Shown piece by piece: positions 10,395 to 21,815 of a stretch of 64,000 nucleotides of DNA. The notes below the pieces were generated by a model. That model made no database searches. It was given only the letters and a program-made list of their open reading frames with translations, and was not told where the DNA came from. The position numbers and the translations under genes were made by a program. Source of the DNA: Rhodosorus marinus CCMP1338 (taxonomy: Eukaryota > Plantae > Rhodophyta); the NCBI GenBank assembly GCA_029953675.1, contig JAMWBK010000005.1, positions 1,860,001 to 1,924,000 on the forward strand. The letters run 5' to 3'. Numbering within the stretch: position 1 is the stretch's first letter; each line of letters starts with the position of its first letter.

Positions 10395-12945
10395 TGTCCC
10401 ACAACACTCTTTCAAACCCTGAAATTCGTTACTCTGAACAGTTCTCCCACTCTAGCGAAGCTTGCTTGGCTGACTGCCCGAATCTACTCAGTCGAGTGCC
10501 CGTCACTAGTAACCATCCATCTCCCACCCATAAGAAGTGTAAAATTCTCAAAAACTCCAAGCAATGCAAATGCTGGCAAACCCCCTAGATGAATCACCTA
10601 ACGAAACTCTCACATTCCAAAACAGTCTCTAATATAATATTAAGACAGTAAAAAATGAATACATTTTGCAACAAAGTAAGGGGGTAATAAATCCCATTCG
10701 ATATCGCCCTAGGGTTCCAGAAGGTTTGCCTTCGCGAATTGTTTTCGTTTTCCATAGCTTTTGGTAAAACTGGACTTTTTTTCGGCTGTGCTCCTCTGCG
10801 CTCGCTTCCGGGAGGGTGTCGGACCGTACGACATATAGTAAATTTATAATATTTTCAATTGACATAAAGGCGGGCGGGTTTAAACGAAGAAGAAATTGAA
10901 ATTTTGAAAAACCCCGAATAGATTATTTTCGTTTGAAATTAAGGGGAAAGATTGGGTTCTTCCCTGAATGGTCGCGGGAGTGGGAAAAAGTGAGGATTGA
11001 TTGAATGTCTATCTTCTGGAGCCCTCGCAACCGCGGAGTTCTAGTCTGCAAGAGCACATGACCCCCCCACCACAGACGATCAGTGGGTTTTTGCTTTTTT
11101 TCGTCATCAGAAAATTTTTCTGATCCGATCAAGTCTCCTTTTCACGGAGCGAGAGGAGGATACCATTTACAAACCCAAACCCCCCCCCCCCGCGCGCCGC
11201 GCCCTGCCCAGTTTCGAAGGAACGGAATAGTTCGTAGGCTGCTGCTGGAGTGATTGCTTTTCTTTTTGCTTATTTTGATCTGTAGCTTCTGATTCCGGAG
11301 TCCAATTGCATCCTTTCGCGCCTGCCAACTGCACAGCAATCCGGTTATGTCGGAAGTACTCCTTGCACATCGCTCCGGTAGGAAACGTGAGGACTCTGGA
11401 ACAACTCCTTGACCACTTGATATCTATTTATGGATGGCCTTCAGAATAGCTGGAGAGAGGGTAGGTCTACTGCGGGACGCGGATTCCTCAGCATAATGCT
11501 TGCTCTATTCGGAAAGCGACCGGTAAGTAATTGTTTCCGTTGTCAGCCAAACTTGATGCGAATGATTTGTGTCCTTGCAGAGAAAAACTAGAACTTGTTT
11601 AGCCGTTGAGGCTGTACAGAATGGTCAAAGTCAGAGGGAAGGGGGGTCGTCACTATCTTCAGCAATCGCAGTTTCAATCTAGTCCTAGTGGCGAAGGCTT
11701 TTGTGGGATTAGCTGTTGCTGGAGAATGTACCTCCGTCGAGGAAACTTGCCGTCCAAACTTCTAGTACAGTCCAAAAGATAACAAAACAAGGACAATCAC
11801 ACAGTACGTGCTTGGGCGTAACCAAGAAACTCAGGAGCATGTATGCTGGGCTCTCCCTCAAGAGGCAAGGCCGATCGAAGCGAACCAGTTCATCGAGTTA
11901 CAGACCGCCCCCAAGGGCCTCAACTGCCGAAAATCATGGTCTGGGATATTTCTGCGCGATCCGATAGGTTTTGGTTCTCTGTATTCATCAACTCAACGCC
12001 GGCTTGTCCAACACCGGTTGTCAGCTGAGCCATCCGACACAACAAACCGAACACTCTCTGCCGTTATTGCCTTATAACCCCAAGAACCGCGATTCCTAGC
12101 TTTTGACGACAATAAACCACAAATAAGAAAATACCACAAATTTAGAATCATAATATAGCTATTCATATCATGATTAAGACGGTTCTATCCCAACCGTGCT
12201 CCATTGGAGGTATATATTCTAAAATAAGTACAAGATTCTTCTACTTGCAATTCATAATAGCCCAAAATAATTCTAAATAAGTCCCAAACTCTCCTCGGAA
12301 AACGAAAAATCGTTTTATATTCAAAACGCATCGTTTTTCTAATCCCTTTTTTTACAAAATCAATGCAATTGCGTTTATTAGGCTAAAGACGATAAACCGT
12401 CGGACCTCGCCAAAAGGGGGAATTTTTTTTTTTGGACAACCGAAAGGGGGGGCATTCCAATTTTGTTGCCGTGGTCAAGAGAAGCACGAAAATGTAAATA
12501 TATTCATGAAATCGAGCTCACTAGGCTTGCCGGTTGAAGGGGTGGGATTGTTGAAAACTGAATTGGGTTTTCGGTTTTGGGTGAAGGTGGTCGGTTTCAT
12601 TTGTTCCTTTTTTTTTGGTTTTGAGAGAGATGATGGAATGTTGGGGACATTGACTTGATGATGGAGGGGGGCATTTTGAGGGGGGGGAGGGTGGCTGCTG
12701 TATGAAGTAGTTGGGAGACTAGTTCACAGGGATAGGCTGTGGTTTGAGCACTTGTTTGGTGGTTTTGAAACTCCACTTTCGTATGAAGTTGGGGGAGATA
12801 TTGATGCGACTTTGAGATCGTTTCAGAGGATGCGGTAGAACGGGGTTGGAGTGGGGTGGGGTCGACCTGGAATAATTTTTTTTAGAGGTGCAGATATGTG
12901 GAGGAAATAGAATAGAGACGCACAGGAGCTCTTTGTGAAAGGCTG

Positions 12946-14917
12946 ATGTCTGGAGAAATTTGTTTTCTGGGCTTGGGGCTTCGCGGAGGCTCAGGTCTCC
13001 GACGTGACCGGCAACCTGAGAGAAGGGAGCGATGGCGCCGAGGGTTGTGCGTTGCTGCATCACGAAAAGGTTCAAAGAAGAAAAGGGACGGAACTGGCCT
13101 GAATGGCAGCGATGGTGAACCCGTATTGAAGGATTTGGATGTGGTATTATGTCATATGCAAGCAGACTATGACACGCTCGCGGCAGCGGTAGGACTGGCA
13201 AAACTCTGGGGCAATGAAGCTGTGGTTGTTCTGTCCGGGGGCTCAAACCCAGCAGTCGAAAGGTTTTTAGGGCTGTTCCGTCCGATGTTTCCTATTAGGT
13301 CCGGGCGCAGCATAGATCCTCGCAGGATTCGGCGCATTGGGGTTGTTGACACGGTTAGGCGGGATAGGCTGGGCTCTTGTGCGGACTGGACCATTGGTGC
13401 GCACTCTGTGGAGGTAATAGACCACCATGTGGGTTCTGCATCAGATTCTGACCGGCAGGGTCGTTCTGCAAGCGAAGAACAATGTGACATATACAATGAT
13501 AGAGGAGCGATCACGCTGATACGGGAGAGAGTCGGGGCGGCAACAACCATGATTGTGGAGAGACTCATGGACTCTCAATGGCGGCTCACTCCAGGAGAAG
13601 CCACGCTGATGGCCCTTGGAATACACACGGACACTGGCTCGCTAACCTTTGAGAACACCACCGCGAGGGACGCAAAAGCCCTGGCGTGGTTGCTTGAACA
13701 GGGTGCAAACCAATCGAGTGTGGCAGAATTCAAGACACCGCAGCTGAATCAGGATCAGATGGACGTGCTTAACCATGGTCTCCAAAAAGTTGAAAAAATA
13801 CCAACGAATGGAGTGATGTTGGGCTACTGCCTTATAGAAACGGAGGATTTCGTCAAGGGCCTCTCCGTTGTTGCACAGGATGTCATGCAACTTAGCAATA
13901 TTGATATTCTGATTTTCTGCGTCGTTAACTATGTGAAGTCTCGAAACGGGAAAGTCAAGGAGGAGGACGGGCGTGTTCGTCGTCAGATATCGCTGATTGG
14001 GCGCGCACGTCCGCGAGTTGACGACCGGGTTAACTTGAACGAAGTCTTTAGCGCGCTCGGCGGAGGTGGCCATCCGAAAGCTGCTGCGGTGACAATACGC
14101 ACCGACGAGGATCCTGCTGAGGTACGTTGATTGGCGGTTCTAGCTTTTGCTTTTGCTTTTGCCTTTGCCCGCGTTGGAGTTTGCAAGCGTCTAAAAGTGC
14201 TTGCCATTAATGGCCAGTTTCCTTGGCGAATATCTGGTTGCCTGGACCCCTTAAGATTTGTGGCGGGCTCCCGTGGGTTCTTCGTTCTCATCTTTTGTTT
14301 TACGATTTCTTGTGCAGATATTGGAGGAGGTGGTTGAGTCCATCCGTGAGCAAATCCCTGAGGAGAAGATGACGAAGGACTTCATGTCGACGGATATAGT
14401 GGTCTGTCGGCCTGACGACCTCATTTCTGAAGCACAGGAGCTCATGTACAGTCACTGCTTGAGTGGCCTGCCAGTGGTGGATGCAGAGAACGAGTTGGTA
14501 GGGACAGTGCTCCAGTCGGACGCCTGGACTGCAGAAAAACAAAACCGGCTGGATGAAAAGATTTCGCACTTCATGCGACGGGGTTCTCATGTGGTAACCA
14601 TCAGCCCAGAAACTACGCTCCCGGAGGTGGAGAGGATATTGGCGCTAGGCAAGGCTGGCCCGTTGCCTGTGCTTAGTGATGGGCAAATTGTGGGTGTGGT
14701 TACCAGAATTGACATCCTCCGTGCGCGGCACCTTTGGAGCCCGGATGATGGAGATGGAGATGATGAGCCTATTCTTCAAGTAGACTCTGTCAAAGAGCTA
14801 CACGAAGCCACCACTCCCCCAGACGTTGCTGGAGATGAGCCTATTATTCAAATAGACCCTGTCAAAGAGCTACATGAAAGCAACACTCCCCCGGACGTTG
14901 TTGCTTCTTCTAACTAG
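12946..14917 (+). CDS. DHH/DHHA1 phosphoesterase with tandem CBS domains, probably plastid-targeted, 591 aa, 2 exons
   Basis: HMQADYD, VVDT, IDHH, GIHTDTGSL and GGGGHPKAAA (DHHA1) motifs, then two CBS repeats (DFMSTDIVVC..GLPVVD; FMRRG..GPLPVL..GVVTRIDIL). Phase-0 intron GTACGT..TGCAG at 14122-14317. Arg/Ser/Gly-rich N-terminal extension. Confidence 0.85.
14762..14905 (+). repeat. Imperfect 72-bp tandem duplication in a coding C-terminus
   Basis: Units 14762-14833 and 14834-14905 encode DEPILQVDSVKELHEATTPPDVAG and DEPIIQIDPVKELHESNTPPDVVA. Confidence 0.9.
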
Positions 14918-15459
14918 GAATGAAACTGAGATAACTATATAACTGTCACTATTGTGCTAGATTTTTTTCTACTTTGGGCCCGAGAATGGTCACGATCAAA
15001 TACCTGCGTGGTGGCCTTGGAAACTGTTTGCTGTTCGAACGCATGGGTAGAAGTAGGGTTGTACAGTCCCTAGAAATTTCTATCGACTTGAAGACGCCGC
15101 CTTGCAAATTTGCAGCAGGAGCGGTTGCTTTTGCTGCGCGGTGTCAGAGCTGTTATCAAAGAAGAGCACCAATCCATCTTCACCCCAAAATGATAACGAT
15201 AAATCCATATTTTTCATTTGCAACATAAAAAAAGCACAAGTAACATAACAAGCAAATGCGGCAATGCTTTCGCCTCAGTACAGAAACTTCGAAAACAACA
15301 GGCGAAACAATCCAACACCGCCCCGTAGAATAAAAAGGCAATACACGCTCTGTTCGGTGCATCGCTATACACACACGCTAGCTCCACGTCGGGCCGACGT
15401 GCCAGACCCCATAATGCCCAACTTGAGCGCATAGTACTCGAGACCGATCACACGCGATC

Positions 15460-15711
15460 TCACACTGTGCCGGAATAAAAGGAGTCCATGCTTGCCCAAA
15501 ACTCCCTTTGCGGTTCCGATTCGTGGGCTGAACGCGCCTGCATACCGTCATAATCCGTCCCGAACGGGCACTTCGAGCGCGGCTTGACCGGGTGGCTCGA
15601 GAAGGTGTGAATCCACGAGGCCGTCTGCACCAACCTATTCGCGTCCGCCCGCTCAAGCTTCAGTGAGGACGCCTTCAAACCAGCCAGCTCGAAACCGTTC
15701 ACGCTCGACAT
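15460..15711 (-). CDS. Possible small protein; 3' structure unresolved
   Basis: 83-aa ORF from an ATG, preceded by a G/T-rich leader like those of real genes here. It contains a GTATGC donor-like site and a CACAG acceptor-like site. No recognisable domain. Confidence 0.3.
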   Translation of the reverse strand: MSSVNGFELAGLKASSLKLERADANRLVQTASWIHTFSSHPVKPRSKCPFGTDYDGMQARSAHESEPQREFWASMDSFYSGTV

Positions 15712-18316
15712 TCTTATTTCCTTCGCAAAATATAACCTACAATACCCTCTCTCTTACAGCTTATCTCTCGAATAGAGCCTCCTATATACCTACACGTCCC
15801 TCCTCAACAACCTCACGCCTCACCAGTTTCCCCGACGAGACTGCGTGCGCATTTAACTGTTTTCCCAACAGACCTAATCTTCCCCAAAAAAACCGTCTTG
15901 GCCCAAAAACAATATTCCCCAATTCAGTCCAATAGAAAAGTTGACTGAGCTTTATCCACCAGATTTTTTAACCCCTCTACTACAAATCGTTGAATACTCA
16001 ATTATTGAATAATATAAATAAAACATGAATATGTATCCAATCATTCAAATTATATTTCACCACCCCCACCCCTCCCCGCTCCCCAGAATCGAAAAGCCTT
16101 CCTATCAAGTTTGAGAGGCTTCGGGAGCCTCCGACCCAAATCCGTCTCTTGGATTTTGGAAGTTCATCGCATTCGTCTCTAAATTAACCTTTATCAAGAC
16201 CATAAAAATCGAAGAATTAAATGGTTAAAATTAGATATTGGTCCGCACTAGAACTAAATTTGGGGAGTCGATTCTAGTTTGGATATTTTTAGTTTTTACC
16301 AGTGGGCGGGGGTTTCCTCGTAAGATACACTTTCAGATCACATGTTTTTGAAGCAATTTGACGGATTTGTTTGATTCGACGATATCTTGGAGGGGGGAGG
16401 GTTAGTAGTCGGGGAGGAGGACTTGTATCCCTATAGGCTTCATCTAAACTTTTAATTAGCGTCAAGAGCCGCTGTTGTCGGCTGTTGTTGTTTTTTTGTT
16501 CTTTTTCGGTTGAAAGCGGGAGTGAAAGGACAGAAGGTGTTCGTGCGGCGTTTCGATGTAGATGGCAAATTTATCTGCGGATGGTTTAGTTTTGATGGAA
16601 AGGGAGTCTGGTGATTGGAGAGGGAAGGGTTGGGAGGTGGATCTTTTCCTGCTCTGGTTTCCCAAACGGTGTATTTGATGAGAAAGCACTGCAACGTTTA
16701 GGAAGATCTTTTTCGTTTTGCACGTGCGAAGCGTCACTTCGAGTGGGATTCCTGTGGATGCAGGACACCATGCTGTGTGTCTGTTTTTCTTGCGGTAGCA
16801 ATGGTGTGGAAGCCCTCAGGGAGAAGTGAGCGGACCGCCACTGGTTTTGCTTCCTTTTGTTACCAGACTGGTCGGCTCCTTACCGACGCACGAAACTGTA
16901 CTTGGGCCGGGCTTCGCAGTCGTCTAAAGAGCTCCACAAATCCACCTGATCATATGAGATCGTATGTCAAACGTGTTGGAGCCGGCACTGAAACTACACT
17001 CCCCCTTCCTGTTAGAACTTGCGATGCGCCGAATGGGTCGAGCCGCGCAATTGATCAGAGAAGAACCAATAGTCCTACATCTCGTGCATGACCGGGGGGC
17101 GCTGTCATTCGTTGAGGACGTGCAATGCTAATAGTGTGGGCTCCGAGTTGCTCCGGACTGATACAGGAGGTGCTCCCCGAATATGCCCATGCTTCTGAGA
17201 GGTCGTCTTCAGTCTCAACGTGCAGCTAAGAGCAGCGGGTAGCCCCTATCTTCGCTGAAGAGACCTAGGTTACTTGTGCTGGTGCAATACCTCTAGTCAA
17301 TTTCAAGCCTAAGCATCCGCTGAACGACATCTCGAAAACACTGGCGCGAAGATCGAAAAACTCTGAAATCTCTATCATCGCGCGTGCTCGGCACGTTCCA
17401 CATTTCTGAAACTCCCACGCGCTCCTAGTTCTCCAGAGGTTTCACCTAGCTCAACCAGCCCCTCGATAACGCTTGCTTGAAGGCAGATTGGAAACCAGTA
17501 AATCTAGATTGGGTGGCCCTATTCCGCCTATAGTAAGTACTCATCTGACCCGTTTCACAAATCGAGTATCAACATCAACAGGTCAAGAGGTAGCTTTCTC
17601 TCACACAGTCCGAGCCCAAAGCAGTCAGACGGAACTGCGCAGAGTGCTGCTACTAGATCTTAGCCAACATCCGAATCCTGTCTGTTTCTAAGAAGACCCT
17701 AGGCCTGGGTTATCACATTCAGAGTCGATGACCTTCGTGACCTCACCAACCCTCCTTCCCGCCAAACAAGAATTTCCGTTGGTGACCCTACATCGCCCTT
17801 CGGGCAATAGATGAAGTGGTAGTTTCGTCTAAGGCCGGGTAACCGAACGTTGTGATATCAGCCGCGGGATTTGAAAAGCGCGAGCATGCCAATCGGGCTG
17901 CCTTTCTCTGCGTTGTAGGGACTTGTATCACTGCTCATCGAGTGGGTATAAACTGCTCCATCGAACACGTATTCAACGAGGTCACACCAAGCTCTTGAGT
18001 GATGAACCATCCCAAAGGACAATGAGAAGAAGATAACAAGTCGAACGAGAAGAACTGGGAAAAGTAGATATCAGGAATTGAATAAAGCGGTTCCCAAACG
18101 AACTCGAAACGAGTGAAGCCATTGACACTGTCCCAAACTCGGATTGAGGGCTTGGACTCCGTTGAGGGGGTGTTAGTCCCAAGTCATCACATAGTATTGC
18201 TTCTGATGATGAGGAGGTCAAGGACGCTGTGGATTGCTAGCGCAGAAGTTGGGTTTTAGGGAGTTTGATATGTAGCCGTACAGTCCGATGTACTCGTTAA
18301 GTTTCGTCGTGAGCGG

Positions 18317-19346
18317 ATGGATAAGACTAAACGTCGACACAAGAAGCCTCGAGCTAGGGAAACGGAAGAGATGTAGGGTGCGGGTATCTGCTGAGCGAGG
18401 AATGCTCCGTCACACGATAGATAGTCTCGAGGGCGCTATGCATGAACCTGTCGCGAGATCTAGTGGTGTTCCTCAAGCGTCTAGTTTAGGTTCCGCCGTG
18501 GTCTGGTTGACGATGATGTCCTTTGCGCTGTTTTTCTGCTACGATGCCCTTAACAGGTGAGCTTGGAGAGCCTCACACACTAGTGTGGATGGGAGCTGCT
18601 ACAGTTTTGTCACCTGCCACGCGTTCGCATTTCGTCGAACAGGTACCAACGAGAACGGAAATACTTCGAGTCGCTTCGCGAGGCAAAAGCCGGCATTGCC
18701 AAATCAAACTCGACGTTGGAGGACGAACGGGGAGGACTTGAGGAACGAATCCGGTCCATGCAGAACGCGAAAGGCCGGACTACAGAAACTTTGAGACTTA
18801 CCCGGCAAATCCTCAAAGTTGCTGAGGCAGACATTGTTAGCTTGCAGTCTAACCTCGCAAAGATAGAGGATGAGCTCAGTCAAACACTGGATACGATTGA
18901 CCAGGTCGATGCATCTTACTACGATGTAAGCCAGTCGTCAGTCGCCATTTCGATTGAGCCGCCTCTGATAATCGACCTGTGATACCTTCTCAAAACCAAC
19001 TCCAGGAGCTCGAGGAAGAGATTCAGAAAGTCAAGGATGAAACTGAACAGGAGCAAATGGCGCTCGATGAGAAGGTGAACACTTCAGCGTTGGAAGCAAA
19101 CATGACGTTGAGTATGAAGGATGATATTCTCCGAGAAGTTTCGCAAGCTGAGCAAGACTTCCTGTACTCAGTGAAGGTGAGAACCCAAATGAAAGTAGCT
19201 CTTGAGCGGTGCATCTTTTCATCTCCACCCGTCCAACGAATCTAACGCTGATTCATTTCCATATCTGGGTCCAGAGAAAGGTTGAACTCTACGCACGACT
19301 ACTCAGGACGATAGAAGCAGAGCAGGACTATTTACCCTCAGTGTAG
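18317..19346 (+). CDS. Type II membrane protein with long coiled coil, 237 aa, 5 exons
   Basis: Exons 18317-18372, 18425-18556, 18643-18925, 19006-19176 and 19275-19346 (714 nt, all GT..AG) give one open frame: basic N-terminus, TM AVVWLTMMSFALFFCY, then heptad-rich Glu/Lys/Leu sequence. Start codon uncertain. Confidence 0.7.
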
Positions 19347-19902
19347 TGCGCATGTTCTCACATCCTAGGGATGAGGTGGTCTCCACAAACCGCCACGTAC
19401 ATCTTGATGTTCCAACGATTCCGAGATAGATCACCAGACGCCGGTTGCTCCGCATCGTCCTCGCGAAAAACCGTGCCGCTGCGGGCTAGGCTAGAGGACG
19501 CCCTTATGATACGATCCCTTAACCTCGTCGCTTCTTTATTGGAATGCCTTCGACTTTTTTTTTGTGATTGGGCGTTCAAGAGCACGAAGCTTCTGCTCCC
19601 AAGCTCCCAAGGGCTGATCTTCGAAGAATGCGTGTTCATGCAGTATACTAATAAACACCACCTCAAAACATGCTTCTGGTGCTTTCCCCACAACACCATT
19701 AACTATTGACGACGTTCCAGTCCAATGCAAGGCAGCTCCAGCTATGGATCAAAAGAATCAACCGAGGTGGGGGGGGGAAGGGGAAGGGAACAATTCCTAT
19801 CTTGGCCAAAGGCTCCAGTTGACATCCCACTCCATCAGCCGTTTATCCCATTGAGCACATCGACCGCAATATTTATTCCTCGATATCGGGCTAGAGGCAG
19901 GC

Positions 19903-20909
19903 TCAGATGAGCTCTACCTTGAGCTGTCCTCTCGGTACAAGCTGCTCCTCACCCAAAAGCCGTGTTGAATCTTCTTGCGTGTAGGTTTTCCTCGGATACT
20001 GAGAGAGAAGCTTGAAACCCTGTCGAGCCACCTCGGGTCGTTGTTCTGCAATCTCCTCCCAGACTTTCCCAAGCGAATCCGAACCGTTCACTGGGAGTTC
20101 CATGTTTATTCCATCTGGCATCCTGAGAAGCAGTTTGCCACTTGGGAGAACAAACAGAAGGAAGCAACAACTTTAGGAAACCTCACAAGGAAGGAAACGG
20201 GATAGTTCTCGAGTGGAGAGAATGATAACGCTTACCTCAACGAGGCGATATCTGGAGTTGCTTTGGGCTTCGCGTCAGTGGCCTCAACGCCGTTGTCCTG
20301 ATCGCTCATGGCTGCCAACTGGTCAACAGCAGAGCCAAGAGACTCATTGCCAGTTGCTGTGAGCGCCGCCTCGGATTGAGCTTTTCCGAATCCCAGTTCG
20401 AGAAGTTGTTGCAGCAACGCCTGGTCCGGCTCAACAGATTTCTTTGCAGGTACCTGGCTTGGCTTCTCCTTCGCGACAGGGGCCTTAGGTTTGGATGGTT
20501 GGACTATGTTCGCATCCGAATTGGGAGAGGCCTGTGTGGTTGCTCCCCCAAGCCTACGCCCTGCGCCCTCGAAAGCTGCTGTTCGAGGCGCATAAGATTG
20601 GATGGCCGACTCCACTCTTCCTATGTTTGCACCCACGATTTCTTCTACTCGCCTCCCTTTTGAATACACGTGAAACGTGGGCATAGCCTTAATTCCACAG
20701 TGTCGAGCAACGTCCTTGGCCCTATCCACGTCCACTTTTGCAAAAACTCCCACGTCCGCATACTTTCTCGAAAGCTGCTCAACTTGCGGGGCCACCGCAC
20801 GGCATGGGCCGCACCATGTGGCAAAAAAGTCCACAACAACAACCCTCGGACCAGCTCTCGACAAGAGAGCGTCAAACTCTGTCATCGAACCAACATCAAC
20901 AATCCCCAT
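19903..20909 (-). CDS. Thioredoxin-SHP box-UBA-UBX fusion protein, 297 aa, 2 exons
   Basis: VVVDFFATWCGPC...GIKAMPTF (thioredoxin), FEGAGRRLGG (SHP box), LLQQLLELGFGKAQSEAALTATGNESLGSAVDQL (UBA), and LRMPDG...FKLLSQYPRKTY...LVPRGQL (UBX). The intron GTAAGC..CTCAG at 20235-20123 joins the two ORFs in frame. Confidence 0.85.
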
Positions 20910-21494
20910 CTTGCTCGTTCAGAACGCTGCCTTTCACCCAAACCGTTGTGTATCACACAACCCCCAAAAACAGCAAATAAAAAAAGCAAACCTCCCCCAA
21001 ACAAAGCCGAACCAGAGCGGCTCGTCCAGATATACTTTCGAACTTCAACCTGATCACTAGAAGAGCTTCATGTAATCAGCCGAAGACCAATACAGCAGGC
21101 GACAACACACCACATCCTCAACACCAACTTCCGATCCTCCATATCTCTCTTCTATCATAGTATCCACCAATGACAGATATCTCAAAAAAGGTTTCCACTA
21201 AGGGTGGAGGCGGTTTCCAACTGTTCCAGCCCATTTGCGAGACATCGGTAATTCATCCCGGTCCAACTGTGAGCTCATGATGATGAGGATATAGATTAGT
21301 TCTAGAGGCGAACCACTACGAGAAGGCTAGGCTGTGAGCGCACACACGTCGAGTGTGTGGGTTGACGTTAATTGGTCCTGCTCGACGAATGTTGTGGAAG
21401 GTGAAAATCTGTTGGGACTAGGGCTCACGCACGGAGATATGCCTTCCGCCCGAGCGCGTGTTGCGTTTCGAAGCACTGGATGATATTCGTATCG

Positions 21495-21541
21495 AAAAAA
21501 AAAATACGACGGCATTACTCCTTGAGAATAATGCCGTCGTA
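21495..21541 (-). other. 13-bp perfect inverted repeat followed by T10 on the minus strand
   Basis: TACGACGGCATTA (21505-21517) and TAATGCCGTCGTA (21529-21541) are exact reverse complements, adjacent to A10 at 21495-21504. Confidence 0.8.
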
Positions 21542-21764
21542 CGAAAATCGGCCGTGATCTCCTGGCTTAGGTACCACCGCGTCTAGATAGGGTATGACGG
21601 TTCCGTGAACGGGGTGGACGAGGGGTACCCCACACACAAAAAAAGAGTTGGAATAACTTATCCGAGGACGGCACGCATCATCGGTAGTGTTTAGGAAGCT
21701 CATACATCCTGTCTTGATCTACTCGGCAGGTTACTAGTAGAGACACTCTAGTGCTGTCCAGACT

Positions 21765-21815
21765 AGTGTGCTTCCTGTTGAAAGGTTACCCGTGATCTGC
21801 AACAGGAAGCACGCT
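21765..21815. repeat. 16-bp inverted repeat (13 bp perfect core, one mismatch that is a G-U wobble on the + strand), 19-nt loop
   Basis: AGTGTGCTTCCTGTTG (21765-21780) and CAACAGGAAGCACGCT (21800-21815). Confidence 0.8.

Noticed and set aside
16750-18250. Possible + strand spliced gene (GTGAGC..ACCAG and GTATGT..GTTAG segments)
   Set aside because: No start-to-stop model longer than about 45 aa could be built; kept only as an unexplained slot in the skew finding.
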